DNA of 62,370 nucleotides, filler included. It is 4 parts of 4 records of this genome, joined end to end, with 100 filler letters (N's around TTAATTAATTAA, not from the genome) between each part and the next. Parts side by side here need not be neighbours in the genome. Positions count along the whole stretch, not along the records: positions 14,898 to 27,582 come from DRR723986_3021; positions 27,683 to 56,997 come from DRR723986_3034; 2 more parts are not named here. One strand, given 5' to 3'. Numbering within the stretch: the stretch's first letter is position 1; each line of letters starts with the position of its first letter. This document shows positions 17,913-27,936 of this stretch, in pieces. Under the pieces are notes generated by a model that ran no database searches, had not been told where the DNA came from, and saw only the letters and a list, made by a program, of their open reading frames with translations. Made by a program: the position numbers and the translations under genes.

Positions 17913-19526
17913 ATGGCGGGCTACGACTACATCATCACCGGCGGAGGCTCTGCCGGATGCGTCCTCGCCGCGCGCCTGTCCGAGGACCCGGCCGCGCGGG
18001 TGCTGCTGCTGGAGGCCGGGGGGCGGAACCGCAACCTGCTGTTCCACTGGCCCGCCGGTTTCGCCAAGATGACCAAGGGGATCGCCAGTTGGGGCTGGTC
18101 CACGGTGCCGCAGCGCCACATGCAGGGGCGCAGCCTGTGGTACACGCAGGCCAAGGTGATCGGCGGCGGCTCGACCATCAACGCGCAGGTCTACACGCGC
18201 GGCAATGCGCTGGATTACGACGCGTGGGAGGCCGAGCACGGCTGCCCGGGCTGGGCCTATCGCGACGTGCTGCCCTACTTCCGCCGGGCCGAGGGGAACG
18301 AGCGGTTCAACGACGAATATCACGGCGTCGATGGCCCGCTGGGCGTGTCGATGCCGCGCGCGACGCTGCCGGTCTGCGACGCCTTCATCCGCGCCGCTCA
18401 GGCATGGGGTCTGCGCTACAACCCCGATTTCAACGGCGCGCGTCAGGATGGCGTGGGCTTTTACCAGCTGACGCAGCGCGACGCGCGGCGCTCTTCTGCC
18501 GCGGTGGCCTATCTGAAACCGGCGATGGCGCGCCCGAACCTGACCGTTCTGACCGGGGCCGAGGTGCTGCGGATCGAGACCGAGGCGGACCGCGCCACCG
18601 GCGTGACGTACCGGCGGGGCGGACAGGTGGAGACGGCGCGGGCCGAGGCCGAGGTGATCGTGTCGAGCGGGTCAATCGGCTCTCCGCGGCTGCTGATGCT
18701 TTCGGGGATCGGACCGGCGGATCACCTGCGCGACGTGGGCGTGGACGTGGTCCACGACCTGCCGGGCGTGGGGGCGAACCTGCAGGATCACCTAGACCTG
18801 TGCGCCATCGCCGAACTGACCGGGCCGCACAGCTATGACGGCTGGGACCGCCCGCACAAGACCCTCTGGGCGGGCCTGCAATACCTGCTGTTCAAGAGCG
18901 GCCCGGCGGCGGCCTCGCTGTTCGAGACCGGGGGTTTTGCCACCGCCGACCCGGCGGCGCGCTCTCCCGACATCCAGTTCCACTTCGGGCAGGGGTCGGG
19001 GATCGAGAAGGGCATCGCCCGGATCGACGGGGCCGGGGTCACGCTGAACTCGGCCTTCATGCGGCCACGCTCGCGCGGGACGGTGCGGCTGGCCTCGGGC
19101 GATCCCGGCGCCGCGCCGCTGATCGACCCGAACTACTGGTCCGACCCCTACGACCTGAAGATGGCGCTGGAGGGGCTGCGCATGGCGCGCGAGATCCTGT
19201 CGGAGCCGGCCTTCGCGGGCTTCGTGCGCAAGGAGGTGCTGCCGGGGCCGGAGGTGCGCTCTGACGCGGAGCTTTTCGACTATGCCTGCAAGGTGGCCAA
19301 GACCGACCACCACCCGGTGGGCACCTGCCGGATGGGCTCCGGGCCGGATGCGGTCGTGGGGCCGGACCTGCGGCTGCACGGGATCGCGGCCTTGCGGGTC
19401 TGCGATGCTTCGGTCATGCCGGCGATCAACTCGTCGAACACCAATGCGCCGAGTATCATGATCGGCGAGAAGGGCGCGGACCTGATCCGCGACCGGATGC
19501 CCTTGCCGCGCGCGAACCTGCCCTGA
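17913..19526 (+). CDS. GMC family FAD oxidoreductase (sorbose/choline dehydrogenase-like)
   Basis: YDYIITGGGSAG, KVIGGGSTINAQVYTRG, SPRLLMLSGIG, NLQDHL, HHPVGTCRMG, SNTNAP. Confidence 0.93.
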   Translation: MAGYDYIITGGGSAGCVLAARLSEDPAARVLLLEAGGRNRNLLFHWPAGFAKMTKGIASWGWSTVPQRHMQGRSLWYTQAKVIGGGSTINAQVYTRGNALDYDAWEAEHGCPGWAYRDVLPYFRRAEGNERFNDEYHGVDGPLGVSMPRATLPVCDAFIRAAQAWGLRYNPDFNGARQDGVGFYQLTQRDARRSSAAVAYLKPAMARPNLTVLTGAEVLRIETEADRATGVTYRRGGQVETARAEAEVIVSSGSIGSPRLLMLSGIGPADHLRDVGVDVVHDLPGVGANLQDHLDLCAIAELTGPHSYDGWDRPHKTLWAGLQYLLFKSGPAAASLFETGGFATADPAARSPDIQFHFGQGSGIEKGIARIDGAGVTLNSAFMRPRSRGTVRLASGDPGAAPLIDPNYWSDPYDLKMALEGLRMAREILSEPAFAGFVRKEVLPGPEVRSDAELFDYACKVAKTDHHPVGTCRMGSGPDAVVGPDLRLHGIAALRVCDASVMPAINSSNTNAPSIMIGEKGADLIRDRMPLPRANLP

Positions 19527-19627
19527 GCCGGCGCGCCCGGCCATCCCGTCCGGCGCGTGACCGCGCCCTGTCCCGACCCAAGGCGCGCCGTGGCGCGCGT
19601 CCCGCAACCCGAGGAAAGACCCCTGAC

Positions 19628-20056
19628 ATGAAAAGCCTGACCCGCAAGATCATCGCTCCCGCCACGGCGCTGGAGATCGTCCGGACCGCGCTCGACGATG
19701 CCCGCGCGCAGGGGCTGGAGGTGGCGGTCGCCGTGACCGACCCCTTCGGCGTGCTGGCGGCCTTCGGCAAGACCGACGGGGCGCTGACCTCTGTCGGAGG
19801 TTTCGCGCAGGACAAGGCCTATACCGCCGGGATGCAGGGCAAGTCGACGAAGGCCTTCGGCGAGCGCATGGCGAGCAGCCCTTCGCTGACCATGGGGCTT
19901 GCCTCGCGCGATCGGTTCCTGGTCTGGGGCGGCGGCGTCTCGATCTGGGAAGAGGGCGTCTGCATCGGCGGCCTTGGCGTCTCTGGCGCGCAGGATCACG
20001 AGGATATCGCCATCGCAGAGGCGGCGATCCGCGCGGCGGGACTGGAGCCGCGCTGA
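19628..20056 (+). CDS. GlcG/HbpS heme-binding family protein
   Basis: VAVAVTD..G, AQDKAYTA, GGGVSI, IGGLGVSGA..ED. Confidence 0.9.
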   Translation: MKSLTRKIIAPATALEIVRTALDDARAQGLEVAVAVTDPFGVLAAFGKTDGALTSVGGFAQDKAYTAGMQGKSTKAFGERMASSPSLTMGLASRDRFLVWGGGVSIWEEGVCIGGLGVSGAQDHEDIAIAEAAIRAAGLEPR

Positions 20057-20072
20057 GCGGAGGGGCCTTTGG

Positions 20073-20293
20073 CCGGGGCAGGGCACCGATCCGTGTCGGC
20101 GAGCGCGGCGGGGCCGGTGTGGCTGTCGGCGGAGGGCAGGCCCCGGGCGGTTCGGATCGCCGGGGCGGCTGACCCGGGCGCCGATCCGTTTCGGCGTGCG
20201 CGGCGGGGCCGGTGTGGCCGCCAACGGGGGCAGGCCCCGGGCGGTTCGGATCGTCGGGGCAGAGGTCCCGGGCGCTGACCCGTTTCGGCGTGC
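20073..20293. repeat. Tandem ~95-bp intergenic repeat (two full copies plus a partial one)
   Basis: GCGCGGCGGGGCCGGTGTGGC at 20103 and 20198, each followed by GGGCAGGCCCCGGGCGGTTCGGATCG...CCCGGGCGC...CCGTTTCGGCGTGC. Confidence 0.85.
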
Positions 20294-20308
20294 AGGGGGC
20301 CGCCTGCG

Positions 20309-20950
20309 TCAGGGGTCGATGCAGACCAGCCGCAGCACCGTGTCGATGTTGAAGGCGATTCGGGCGTCCAGCGCCTCTTTCGCCATCATGTCGCGCTCGA
20401 AGAGCAGCGTGCCGGTGTAGCGGTTGGTCAGGTAGTAGTAATTGACCGCCGCGATGGTGATGTTCAGCTGCACCGGGTCGATGCCGGGGCGAAAGACGCC
20501 CTCGGCCACGCCGCGGTTCAGGATGCCCTCGACCATCGAAACCAGCTGCCGCTGGGCCGGGCCGACGCGCTCCGACTTCTTCAGGTGGCGCGCGCGGTGC
20601 AGGTTTTCCGAATTCACCAGCGTCACGAATTCCGGGTTCTTCAGGTAGTAGTCCCATGTGAAGCGGACGAAACGCTCCATCGCCTCGCGGGCGGGGAGAT
20701 GTTCGAGATCCAACTTCTTCTCGGCGGCGCGGATGTCGAGGTAGGCCTCTTCGAGCACGATGCGGAAGAGATCCTCCTTGTTGCCGAAGTAGTGGTAGAT
20801 CATCCGCTTGTTTGCCTTGGCGCGCTCGGCGATCTCGTCGATGCGCGCGCCGCCCAGACCGTTGCGGGCGAATTCCTTCTTGGCGGCGGCAAGGATGCGG
20901 GCCTGCGTGGCTTCGGCATCGCGCTGCCGCTTCGCGGGTTTGGGGTCCAT
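20309..20950 (-). CDS. TetR/AcrR family regulator (RutR/NicS-like)
   Basis: ILAAAKKEFARNGLGGARIDEIAERAKANKRMIYHYFGNKEDLF HTH. Confidence 0.95.
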   Translation of the reverse strand: MDPKPAKRQRDAEATQARILAAAKKEFARNGLGGARIDEIAERAKANKRMIYHYFGNKEDLFRIVLEEAYLDIRAAEKKLDLEHLPAREAMERFVRFTWDYYLKNPEFVTLVNSENLHRARHLKKSERVGPAQRQLVSMVEGILNRGVAEGVFRPGIDPVQLNITIAAVNYYYLTNRYTGTLLFERDMMAKEALDARIAFNIDTVLRLVCIDP

Positions 20951-21210
20951 CGTCGTCGGGCCTTTCGGGCGGTGGTTCCGCACGCTCTTACAGCAGCCAT
21001 GGCGCAATCGTCAAAAACAACGCGGTCGCGGGGCGGGCGGGATCGATCCCCGGGGGAATAGCCATTGACGCAATGCCGGTTCATGAAGTAACCAGTTAGT
21101 GCATTAAGGCCGGAATCGCTCCGGCCTGCGCGGCAGGGAGAGCCCGGCACTCGGAGCGGGGCGGAGGGCGCGCACAGGCGTTTGTCGATGCACCAACGGG
21201 AGGAAAACCA

Positions 21211-22326
21211 ATGTCGACGTTCATCAGGGACTTCATCGAGAAAGAGACGGTCAGCCGCCGGAATGTCCTGCTGGCTTCGGCCTATGGGCTGTCCGGCGCG
21301 GCGGCGCTGCGGATGTTCGGGCCGTCGCCGGTCATGGCCGCGACCTATGACGATCCGACCATCGCGTGGTCCTACCGCAACCGCACCAACCCCTACTGGA
21401 ACGAGATCGTGTCCGGCGGCGAGGCCTTCGTGGAAAGCCTCGGCAAGCCCAGGGACGCCATGGTGCATCTCATCAACGAGGGCTCTTCCGAGAAATCGCT
21501 GGGCGACGTGAAATCCCTGCTGGCCAAGACCAACGGGCAACTGGCGCTGGCCATCGACACCAACGACGCGCCGAACTGCCGTCCGGTGGTCGAGGCGGTG
21601 GCAGAGGCGGGCGGCTACGTCTCGACCATCTGGAACAAGACCGACGACCTGCACCCGTGGGATTTCGGCGACAGCTACGTCAGCCACATGACATGGTCCG
21701 ACGAGGGCCCGGCGGAAGAGACCGCGCGCATCCTGCTGGAAGCCACGGGCGGCAAGGGGGGCGTCGTCCACCTTGGCGGCATCGCGTCGAACAACCCGGC
21801 CATCGAGCGGCTTCAGGGTCTGAAGAACGCGCTGAAGGATTACCCCGAGGTCGAACTGCTGGCGGCAGAGCCCGCCGACTGGGACACGCAGAAGGCCAAT
21901 CAGGTCATGAGCGCCTTCCTGACCCGCTTCGGCGACGAGATCACCGGCGTGCATTGCGCCAATGACACCATCGCCTACGGCGTGCTCGAGGCGCTGCGCG
22001 CCGAGGGCATCGAGGACATGCCCATCGTGTCCTATGACGGCAACCCGCAGGCCGTGGGTCTGGTGGCCGAGGGCAAGATCCTCGCCACGGTCTTCACCAA
22101 TCCGCATTGGGGCGGCGGGATCACGGCGGCGCTGGCCTGGCACGCGGCGCGGGGCGACTTCAAACCCTCGGAAGAACCGCAGGAGCACCGCGAGTTCTAC
22201 GGCCCGACCATCCTCGTCACGCCCGAGGATGCCGCCGCGTTCAAGGCCAACTACCTCGACAGCGTGCCGACCTACGACTGGAGCGACTTCTGGGGCCCGA
22301 CGGGCGGCCAGATCCAGTACAAGTGA
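21211..22326 (+). CDS. Sugar ABC transporter substrate-binding protein (CUT2), Tat-type signal
   Basis: SRRNVLL twin-arginine leader; NPYW, ADWDTQKA, CANDTIAYG, VSYDG periplasmic-binding type 1 motifs. Confidence 0.9.
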   Translation: MSTFIRDFIEKETVSRRNVLLASAYGLSGAAALRMFGPSPVMAATYDDPTIAWSYRNRTNPYWNEIVSGGEAFVESLGKPRDAMVHLINEGSSEKSLGDVKSLLAKTNGQLALAIDTNDAPNCRPVVEAVAEAGGYVSTIWNKTDDLHPWDFGDSYVSHMTWSDEGPAEETARILLEATGGKGGVVHLGGIASNNPAIERLQGLKNALKDYPEVELLAAEPADWDTQKANQVMSAFLTRFGDEITGVHCANDTIAYGVLEALRAEGIEDMPIVSYDGNPQAVGLVAEGKILATVFTNPHWGGGITAALAWHAARGDFKPSEEPQEHREFYGPTILVTPEDAAAFKANYLDSVPTYDWSDFWGPTGGQIQYK

Positions 22327-22393
22327 CCGAGCGGGGCGCGCGGCCCCGGTGGCCGCCCCCCTTTGACCGTCCCCATTCCCCCGGAGGTGCCCC

Positions 22394-23359
22394 TTGTTCG
22401 GCAATCTCTCGCGCGAGGCCCTGCTGAAATGGGCCCCGCTGATCGTCCTGTTGGTGCTGGTCGCCTTCTTCACCGTGCTGGAGCCGCGCTTTCTGACGGT
22501 GCGCAACCTTGCGCGGATCGCAATTTCCGCCTCTCCGGCGCTGATGGTGGCGATCGGCGTGACCTTCATCATCCTGATGGGCTCCATCGACCTGTCGATG
22601 GAGGGCACGGTCAGCGTCTGCGCCGTGGTCTTCGCCTATGCCTTCCTTGCGCTGGGGGGCACGGTGCTGGGGCTGGGCTGGCTGGCGCTGCCGCTGGCGC
22701 TTCTGGTCGGCGCGGTCATCGGGCTGGTGAACGGGCTGGTGCATGTGAAGCTGAGGATCCCCTCCTTCATGGCCTCGCTCGCCATGGGCTTCGTCGGCAC
22801 CGGGCTGGCGCTGCTGCTGACGGGCGGCGACCGCGTGCGGGTCGAGGACGAGGTGTTTCGCGGCCTTCTGACCGAGCGGCTGCTGGGCTTTCCGGTGATG
22901 GTCTACGTCGCGGGGCTGTTCCTGCTGCTGGCGTGGTTCATCCAGTCGCGCACCGCGCTGGGGCGGAACTTCTACGCGGTCGGCGGGGGTGAGGAACTGG
23001 CCCATACCTCTGGCCTGAACGTGAACCGCGTGCGGGTGCTGGGCTTCACGCTGGCGGGGATGTTCTACGCGGTGGGCGCGCTGCTGGCGGTGGGCCGCAT
23101 CGGCATCGCCGAGACCGCGACGGGCAACAACTTCATGTTCATGTCGATCACCTCTGTCGTCGTCGGCGGCACGGCTCTTTGGGGCGGCATCGGCGGGGTC
23201 TGGAACACGCTGGTGGGCGTGCTGATCGTCAACGTCATCGGCAACGGCATGGTCGTCATCGGCCTGCCCGGCTACGTGCAGGACGGCGTGCTGGGGGCCA
23301 TGGTCATCGCTGCGGTGGTGCTGTCGACCGACCGCAAATCCATCGCCTTCGTGAAATAG
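22394..23359 (+). CDS. Sugar ABC transporter permease (RbsC-like)
   Basis: GSIDLS, IPSFMASL, GRNFYAVGG, VVVGGT; TTG start after GGAGG. Confidence 0.93.
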   Translation: MFGNLSREALLKWAPLIVLLVLVAFFTVLEPRFLTVRNLARIAISASPALMVAIGVTFIILMGSIDLSMEGTVSVCAVVFAYAFLALGGTVLGLGWLALPLALLVGAVIGLVNGLVHVKLRIPSFMASLAMGFVGTGLALLLTGGDRVRVEDEVFRGLLTERLLGFPVMVYVAGLFLLLAWFIQSRTALGRNFYAVGGGEELAHTSGLNVNRVRVLGFTLAGMFYAVGALLAVGRIGIAETATGNNFMFMSITSVVVGGTALWGGIGGVWNTLVGVLIVNVIGNGMVVIGLPGYVQDGVLGAMVIAAVVLSTDRKSIAFVK

Positions 23360-23370
23360 GGGAGGGGGTC

Positions 23371-24873
23371 ATGTATCAACTCAGCAAGGTCGACAAGACG
23401 TTCCCCGGCGTGCGCGCGCTGAAGGCCGTCGACTTCACCATCGGGCGCGGCGAGATCGTGGGTCTGGTGGGCGAGAACGGCGCGGGCAAGTCCACGCTGA
23501 TGAAGGTGATCTACGGCGCCTATCAGGCGGACGGCGGCACCATCACCAAGGACGGCAAGGCGGTCCGCTTCCAGAACCCGCGTCAGGCCATGGACCACGG
23601 CATCGGCATGGTCTTTCAGGAGCAGAGCCTGATCACCAACCTGACGGTGATGGAGAACATCTTCCTTGGCTTCGAGAAGCAGTTCGTGCGCTTCGGCGTG
23701 ATGAACTGGAAGGCCATGGCGGCGGCGGCGCGCAGGCAGCTTGCCAAGGTCAAGCTGGACATCGACCCCGCGACCGTGACGGCCAAGCTGTCCTTCGCGC
23801 AGCGGCAACTGGTGGAACTGGCCAAGGTGCTGACGCTGGAAGAGCGCGTCGAGGGCGATCTGGTGATCCTTCTGGACGAGCCGACATCCGTGCTGGCCCG
23901 CGAAGAGGTGGAGCTGCTTTTCGGCATCGTGCGCGAGTTGACCACGCGGGCGTCCTTCATCTTCGTCAGCCACCGGATGGACGAGGTGTTGGAACTCAGC
24001 GACCGCGTCTACGTCATGAAGGACGGCGAGGTGGTGGACGTGGTCACGCGCGAGACCGCGCGGATCGAGGCGATCCAGCACAAGATGGTCGGGCGCGACG
24101 TCGACAAGGAATACTACCGCGAGCAGAAGCAGCGGCCCCATGGCGAGGAGGTGCTGGTGCGCTTCGACGGGGTGTCGGTCGCGGGCAAGTACAGCGACCT
24201 GAGCTTCGACCTGCGGCGTGGCGAGGTGCTGTGCCTCGTCGGCACCGAAGGATCCGGGCGCGAGGCGATCCTGCGCACGGTTTTCGGCCTCGAAAAGCCG
24301 ACCAGCGGCACCGTTACGATCAAGAAAAAGCCCGCCACCCGCTTCGGCGCGCAGGACGCGGTCGCGGCCGGGGTGGGCTATGTCCCGCGCGAGCGCAAGG
24401 TCGAGGGCATCGTGGCGGGCATGACCGTCTACGAGAACATGACGCTCAGCCAGTTGAAGACCTACGCGCGCGGCGGCGTGCTGCGCATCGGCGCGGAAAA
24501 GGCGCTGGCCGAGGATTGGGTGAAGCGGCTGAAGATCAAGACGCCCGACATCCACAAGGATTGCGGGGGCCTTTCGGGGGGCAACCAACAGAAGGTGGTT
24601 CTGGCCAAATGGCGCTCTGCCGGGTCGGACATCATCCTGCTGGATCACCCCACGCGCGGTCTGGATATCGGCGCCAAGGAAGACGTCTACGACATGGTCC
24701 GGGACATGAGCGCGGCGGGCGCGGGGATCATCCTTGTCGCCGACACGCTCGAAGAGGCCATCGGCCTGTCCCATACGCTGCTCGTCCTGAAGGACGGCGT
24801 GCAACAGCAGGTCTTTCACGGGCGCCCCGGCGACAAGCCGAGCCTCTATGACCTCGTCCACCACATGACCTGA
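23371..24873 (+). CDS. Sugar ABC transporter ATP-binding protein (RbsA-like, two NBDs)
   Basis: GENGAGKST, LDEPT, LSGGNQQKV, PTRGLDIGAK. Confidence 0.94.
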   Translation: MYQLSKVDKTFPGVRALKAVDFTIGRGEIVGLVGENGAGKSTLMKVIYGAYQADGGTITKDGKAVRFQNPRQAMDHGIGMVFQEQSLITNLTVMENIFLGFEKQFVRFGVMNWKAMAAAARRQLAKVKLDIDPATVTAKLSFAQRQLVELAKVLTLEERVEGDLVILLDEPTSVLAREEVELLFGIVRELTTRASFIFVSHRMDEVLELSDRVYVMKDGEVVDVVTRETARIEAIQHKMVGRDVDKEYYREQKQRPHGEEVLVRFDGVSVAGKYSDLSFDLRRGEVLCLVGTEGSGREAILRTVFGLEKPTSGTVTIKKKPATRFGAQDAVAAGVGYVPRERKVEGIVAGMTVYENMTLSQLKTYARGGVLRIGAEKALAEDWVKRLKIKTPDIHKDCGGLSGGNQQKVVLAKWRSAGSDIILLDHPTRGLDIGAKEDVYDMVRDMSAAGAGIILVADTLEEAIGLSHTLLVLKDGVQQQVFHGRPGDKPSLYDLVHHMT

Positions 24874-24880
24874 GGGCGCC

Positions 24881-25822
24881 ATGAGCATCGAAAGACTGAA
24901 ACCGCATCTTCCGTGGATCACCCTGCTGACGCTGGTGGTGATCGTGGGCGTGGCGGACGCGAACTTCCTGCGGCCGGTGAACCTGCTGAACATGGTCGCC
25001 GACATCATGCCGCTGTTCATCATGGCGCTGGGGCTGACCTTCGCCATCTACATCGGCGGCATCGACCTGTCGGCGCAGTCGCTGGCGAACATGACGACGG
25101 TGATCGCCACCGTCGCGCTGCCCTCGCTGGGGATCGGCGCGGCGCTGGTCTGCATCCTCGCCGGGCTGACCTTCGGCGCCGTCTCGGGCTTCATCACGAC
25201 GAAGCTTTATGTGCCGTCCTTCGTATCGACGCTGGCGGTGGGCGGCGTGGCCTACAGCTATGCGCAGTACCTGTCGGGGCAGCGCGCGCTCTACATGGAC
25301 GCGAGCCTGCGCGACACCTCCTTCGGCTGGATGGTGGGCAAGTCCTTCGGCATCCCGCACGAGATCGTCGTGGGCGCGGTGCTGGTGCTGGCCATGCTGT
25401 TCGTGCAGGAGCGCACCACCTTCGGACGCGCCTTGAAAGCCGTCGGCGCGGGAGAGCTGGCCGCCGTCGCCTCCGGCCTGAACGTGACGCGCATCAAGAT
25501 CATGGCCTTCGCGCTGTCGGGGATGCTGGCGGCGATTGCGGGGCTCTTGTTCTCGGTCAAGCTGTCGGGCGGCGCGCCGACGCTGGCGAACGGCTTCCTT
25601 CTGCCCGCCATCGTGGCGGTGCTGGTCGGCGGCACGCCTTTGACGGGGGGCGTGGGCGGCGTGCTGAACACGCTGATCGGCACGCTGATCGTCGCAGTGA
25701 TCCGAGCCTCGATGCTGTATTTCGAGATCGACGCCACCATGCAGCAGATGGTCTTCGGCATCATCCTCATCCTTGCCATTGCCCTTACGATAGATCGCAG
25801 CAAACTGCGCATCGTCAAATGA
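24881..25822 (+). CDS. Sugar ABC transporter permease (second)
   Basis: GGIDLS, VPSFVSTL, FGRALKAVG, AVLVGGT. Confidence 0.93.
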   Translation: MSIERLKPHLPWITLLTLVVIVGVADANFLRPVNLLNMVADIMPLFIMALGLTFAIYIGGIDLSAQSLANMTTVIATVALPSLGIGAALVCILAGLTFGAVSGFITTKLYVPSFVSTLAVGGVAYSYAQYLSGQRALYMDASLRDTSFGWMVGKSFGIPHEIVVGAVLVLAMLFVQERTTFGRALKAVGAGELAAVASGLNVTRIKIMAFALSGMLAAIAGLLFSVKLSGGAPTLANGFLLPAIVAVLVGGTPLTGGVGGVLNTLIGTLIVAVIRASMLYFEIDATMQQMVFGIILILAIALTIDRSKLRIVK

Positions 25823-25835
25823 AGGGGAGGAGACC

Positions 25836-26873
25836 ATGACTATGATGAAAGCCGCCGTTCTGGTGAAACCGGGCCGTTTCGAGATCGAAGAGCGCCCGAT
25901 CCCCAAGCCGGGGCGCGGAGAGGCGTTGATCCGCATCACCCGCACCGGCATCTGCGGCACCGACATCCACATCTTCCACGGCCATTACGCCGCCGAAAGC
26001 CTGCCGATGATCCCGGGGCACGAATTCACGGGCCGCATTCAGGCGCTGGGCGAGGGCGTCGAGGGGCTGAGTGTGGGCGACAAGGTGGTGGTGGACACCA
26101 ACGTCGGCTGTGGGCGCTGCTACTGGTGCCGCCGCAACGAGATCCTCAACTGCCCCACGATGAAGCAGATGGGCATCCACGCCGACGGCGGGTTCTGCGA
26201 ATACATGGTGGTGCCCGCGCGGCTGGTGATCCCGGCGCCCGAGCACATCCCCGACGCGGTTCTGGCCCTGACCGAGCCGCTGGCCTGCGTGGTGCGCGCG
26301 GCGCGCAAGGCACGCGTGACCTTCGGCCAGTCGGTGCTGGTGATCGGCGCGGGCCCCATCGGCAACCTGCACGTCCAGTTGATGCGCACCATCGGCGCGG
26401 CGCCGATCATCGTGACGGACCTCTCGGAGGACCGCGTGCGGATGGCGGTGGAGGGCGGCGCGGACATCGGCGTGTCCGACCCCGCGCAACTGACCGAGGC
26501 GGTGATGCAGGCGACCGACGGGCGCGGCGCGGATATCGTGATCGAAAGCGTCGGCAACCTCGCGCTGTACAAGCAGGCGCTGCGGCTGATGCGCAAGGGC
26601 GGCCACCTTGCCTTCTTTGGCCTCACCGGCCCCGAAGAGGCGCTGCCCATGCCGATCCTCGACACCATCCTGCGCGAGAATTCCATCAAGGGCTCGGTCG
26701 CGGGCATGGGCGAGGACATGCACGACGCGCTGACGCTGCTGGTGCATGGCCGCATCGACACCACGCCCTTCACCGGCGCCACCTACGCGCTGGAGGACAT
26801 CCAGAGCGCCTTCGACAGCTTTGCCGACCGGCCGATGGACCTGAAGACCCAGATCGTGATGGAGGAGACATGA
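25836..26873 (+). CDS. Zn-dependent MDR dehydrogenase (sorbitol/threonine DH-like)
   Basis: GICGTD, GHEF, CGRCYWC...C structural Zn site, GAGPIG. Confidence 0.93.
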   Translation: MTMMKAAVLVKPGRFEIEERPIPKPGRGEALIRITRTGICGTDIHIFHGHYAAESLPMIPGHEFTGRIQALGEGVEGLSVGDKVVVDTNVGCGRCYWCRRNEILNCPTMKQMGIHADGGFCEYMVVPARLVIPAPEHIPDAVLALTEPLACVVRAARKARVTFGQSVLVIGAGPIGNLHVQLMRTIGAAPIIVTDLSEDRVRMAVEGGADIGVSDPAQLTEAVMQATDGRGADIVIESVGNLALYKQALRLMRKGGHLAFFGLTGPEEALPMPILDTILRENSIKGSVAGMGEDMHDALTLLVHGRIDTTPFTGATYALEDIQSAFDSFADRPMDLKTQIVMEET

Positions 26874-27433
26874 CGACCGAGCGTTATACCTCGACGCCGC
26901 AGGGCCGTATCCCCAACAGCCGCTTCCCGCTGCTGATCCACCGGGGCGCGGTGCCGGGCGGCGGCGTGAAGGCGGTGCAAAGCCGCTTCCGCGAGAACGG
27001 CTGGGGCAATTGCTGGGAGTACCCGGGCGTCTACCACTACGCGCATTTCCACTCGACCACGCATGAGGCGCTGGGCTGCGCGGCGGGCTGGATGGCGTTC
27101 GACCTCTCGGTCGGAGAGGGCGGCTGGACCCGCGTCCGGATCGAGGCAGGCGACGTGATCGTCATGCCGGCGGGCGTCAGCCACGAGCACGTCGATGCCT
27201 CGGACGACATCATGATGTGCGGCGGCTACGCGGGCGGGCGCGACTGGGACAACATCCGGGAGGCATACCTCACGGACGACCTCTACCGCGCCGCCTGCAA
27301 GCGGATCATGAGCTTGCCGATCCCCGACCGCGACCCGGCCACGGGCGAGGTCATGACGGACTGGCACGCGGCGCCGTCCTCGGTCGACGGCGGCTGGAAC
27401 GACTGGCGCGACGGGCTCGACGCCTCCGCCTGA
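26870..27433 (+). CDS. Cupin domain protein (YjlB-like)
   Basis: IPNSRFPLLI, HFHSTTHEALG, GDVIVMPAGVSH; ATGA-coupled to the dehydrogenase with a GGAGGAG RBS. Confidence 0.85.
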   Translation: MTTERYTSTPQGRIPNSRFPLLIHRGAVPGGGVKAVQSRFRENGWGNCWEYPGVYHYAHFHSTTHEALGCAAGWMAFDLSVGEGGWTRVRIEAGDVIVMPAGVSHEHVDASDDIMMCGGYAGGRDWDNIREAYLTDDLYRAACKRIMSLPIPDRDPATGEVMTDWHAAPSSVDGGWNDWRDGLDASA

Positions 27434-27582
27434 GGGCGGGCCCGCACGCGAACAAGGCCCGCGTGGCCGATTGCGGGGACCGACCTCGCCTCGATGAACA
27501 GGGCCCGGGACGGGCCGGAAGGAGATCCCATGGACCAGATGAGCACCCGCCTGTCGCCGCCCGCAGAGCCGCGCGACTTCGG

Positions 27583-27682
27583 NNNNNNNNNNNNNNNNNN
27601 NNNNNNNNNNNNNNNNNNNNNNNNNNTTAATTAATTAANNNNNNNNNNNNNNNNNNNNNNNNNNNNNNNNNNNNNNNNNNNN
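27583..27682. other. Artificial contig linker
   Basis: 44 N + TTAATTAATTAA + 44 N. Confidence 0.98.
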
Positions 27683-27848
27683 CCATAGCTTCAGCCAGAG
27701 GCGTGTACGCAACGACGAGTTTGTTTCTCGCTTTCAGGTCACGATCATTCTGCCAGGCGCGAGCAAGATTCTTTTCTTCTTCGGCGCTTAGCCAATTTGC
27801 GGTCCGTTTGCTTTTGGATCTCGGACGAGTTCTTGATTCGTTGATCAT
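27683..27848 (-). CDS. RpoH (sigma-32)-like sigma factor N-terminus, truncated at contig end
   Basis: LSAEEEKNLARAWQNDRDLKARNKLVVAY matches sigma-70 region 1.2/2.1 of the RpoH type. Confidence 0.7.
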
Positions 27849-27867
27849 CGTCAGGGGTCCCGCACAT

Positions 27868-27931
27868 ATAATATCGATTCGAAACTATCTGGTGGCGGTA
27901 TATTGTCAATTTGATTTCGTTTCGATAGTAA
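27868..27931. promoter_or_regulatory. Two related palindromic operators between sigma and marR
   Basis: ATAATATCGATTCGAAACTAT (27868-27888, 8/10 pairs) and TTGATTTCGTTTCGATAGTAA (27911-27931), sharing a TCG-N3-CGA core. Confidence 0.6.
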
Positions 27932-27936
27932 AAGGC

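Noticed and set aside
16931..18838. 635-aa Arg-rich ORF and similar long ORFs (e.g. 20800-22608, 23272-25047, 58971-60548)
   Set aside because: Shadow frames of high-GC DNA overlapping well-supported genes; no family motifs.
20073..20293. Possible CRISPR array
   Set aside because: Units are ~95 bp and nearly identical throughout, with no unique spacers and no cas genes.
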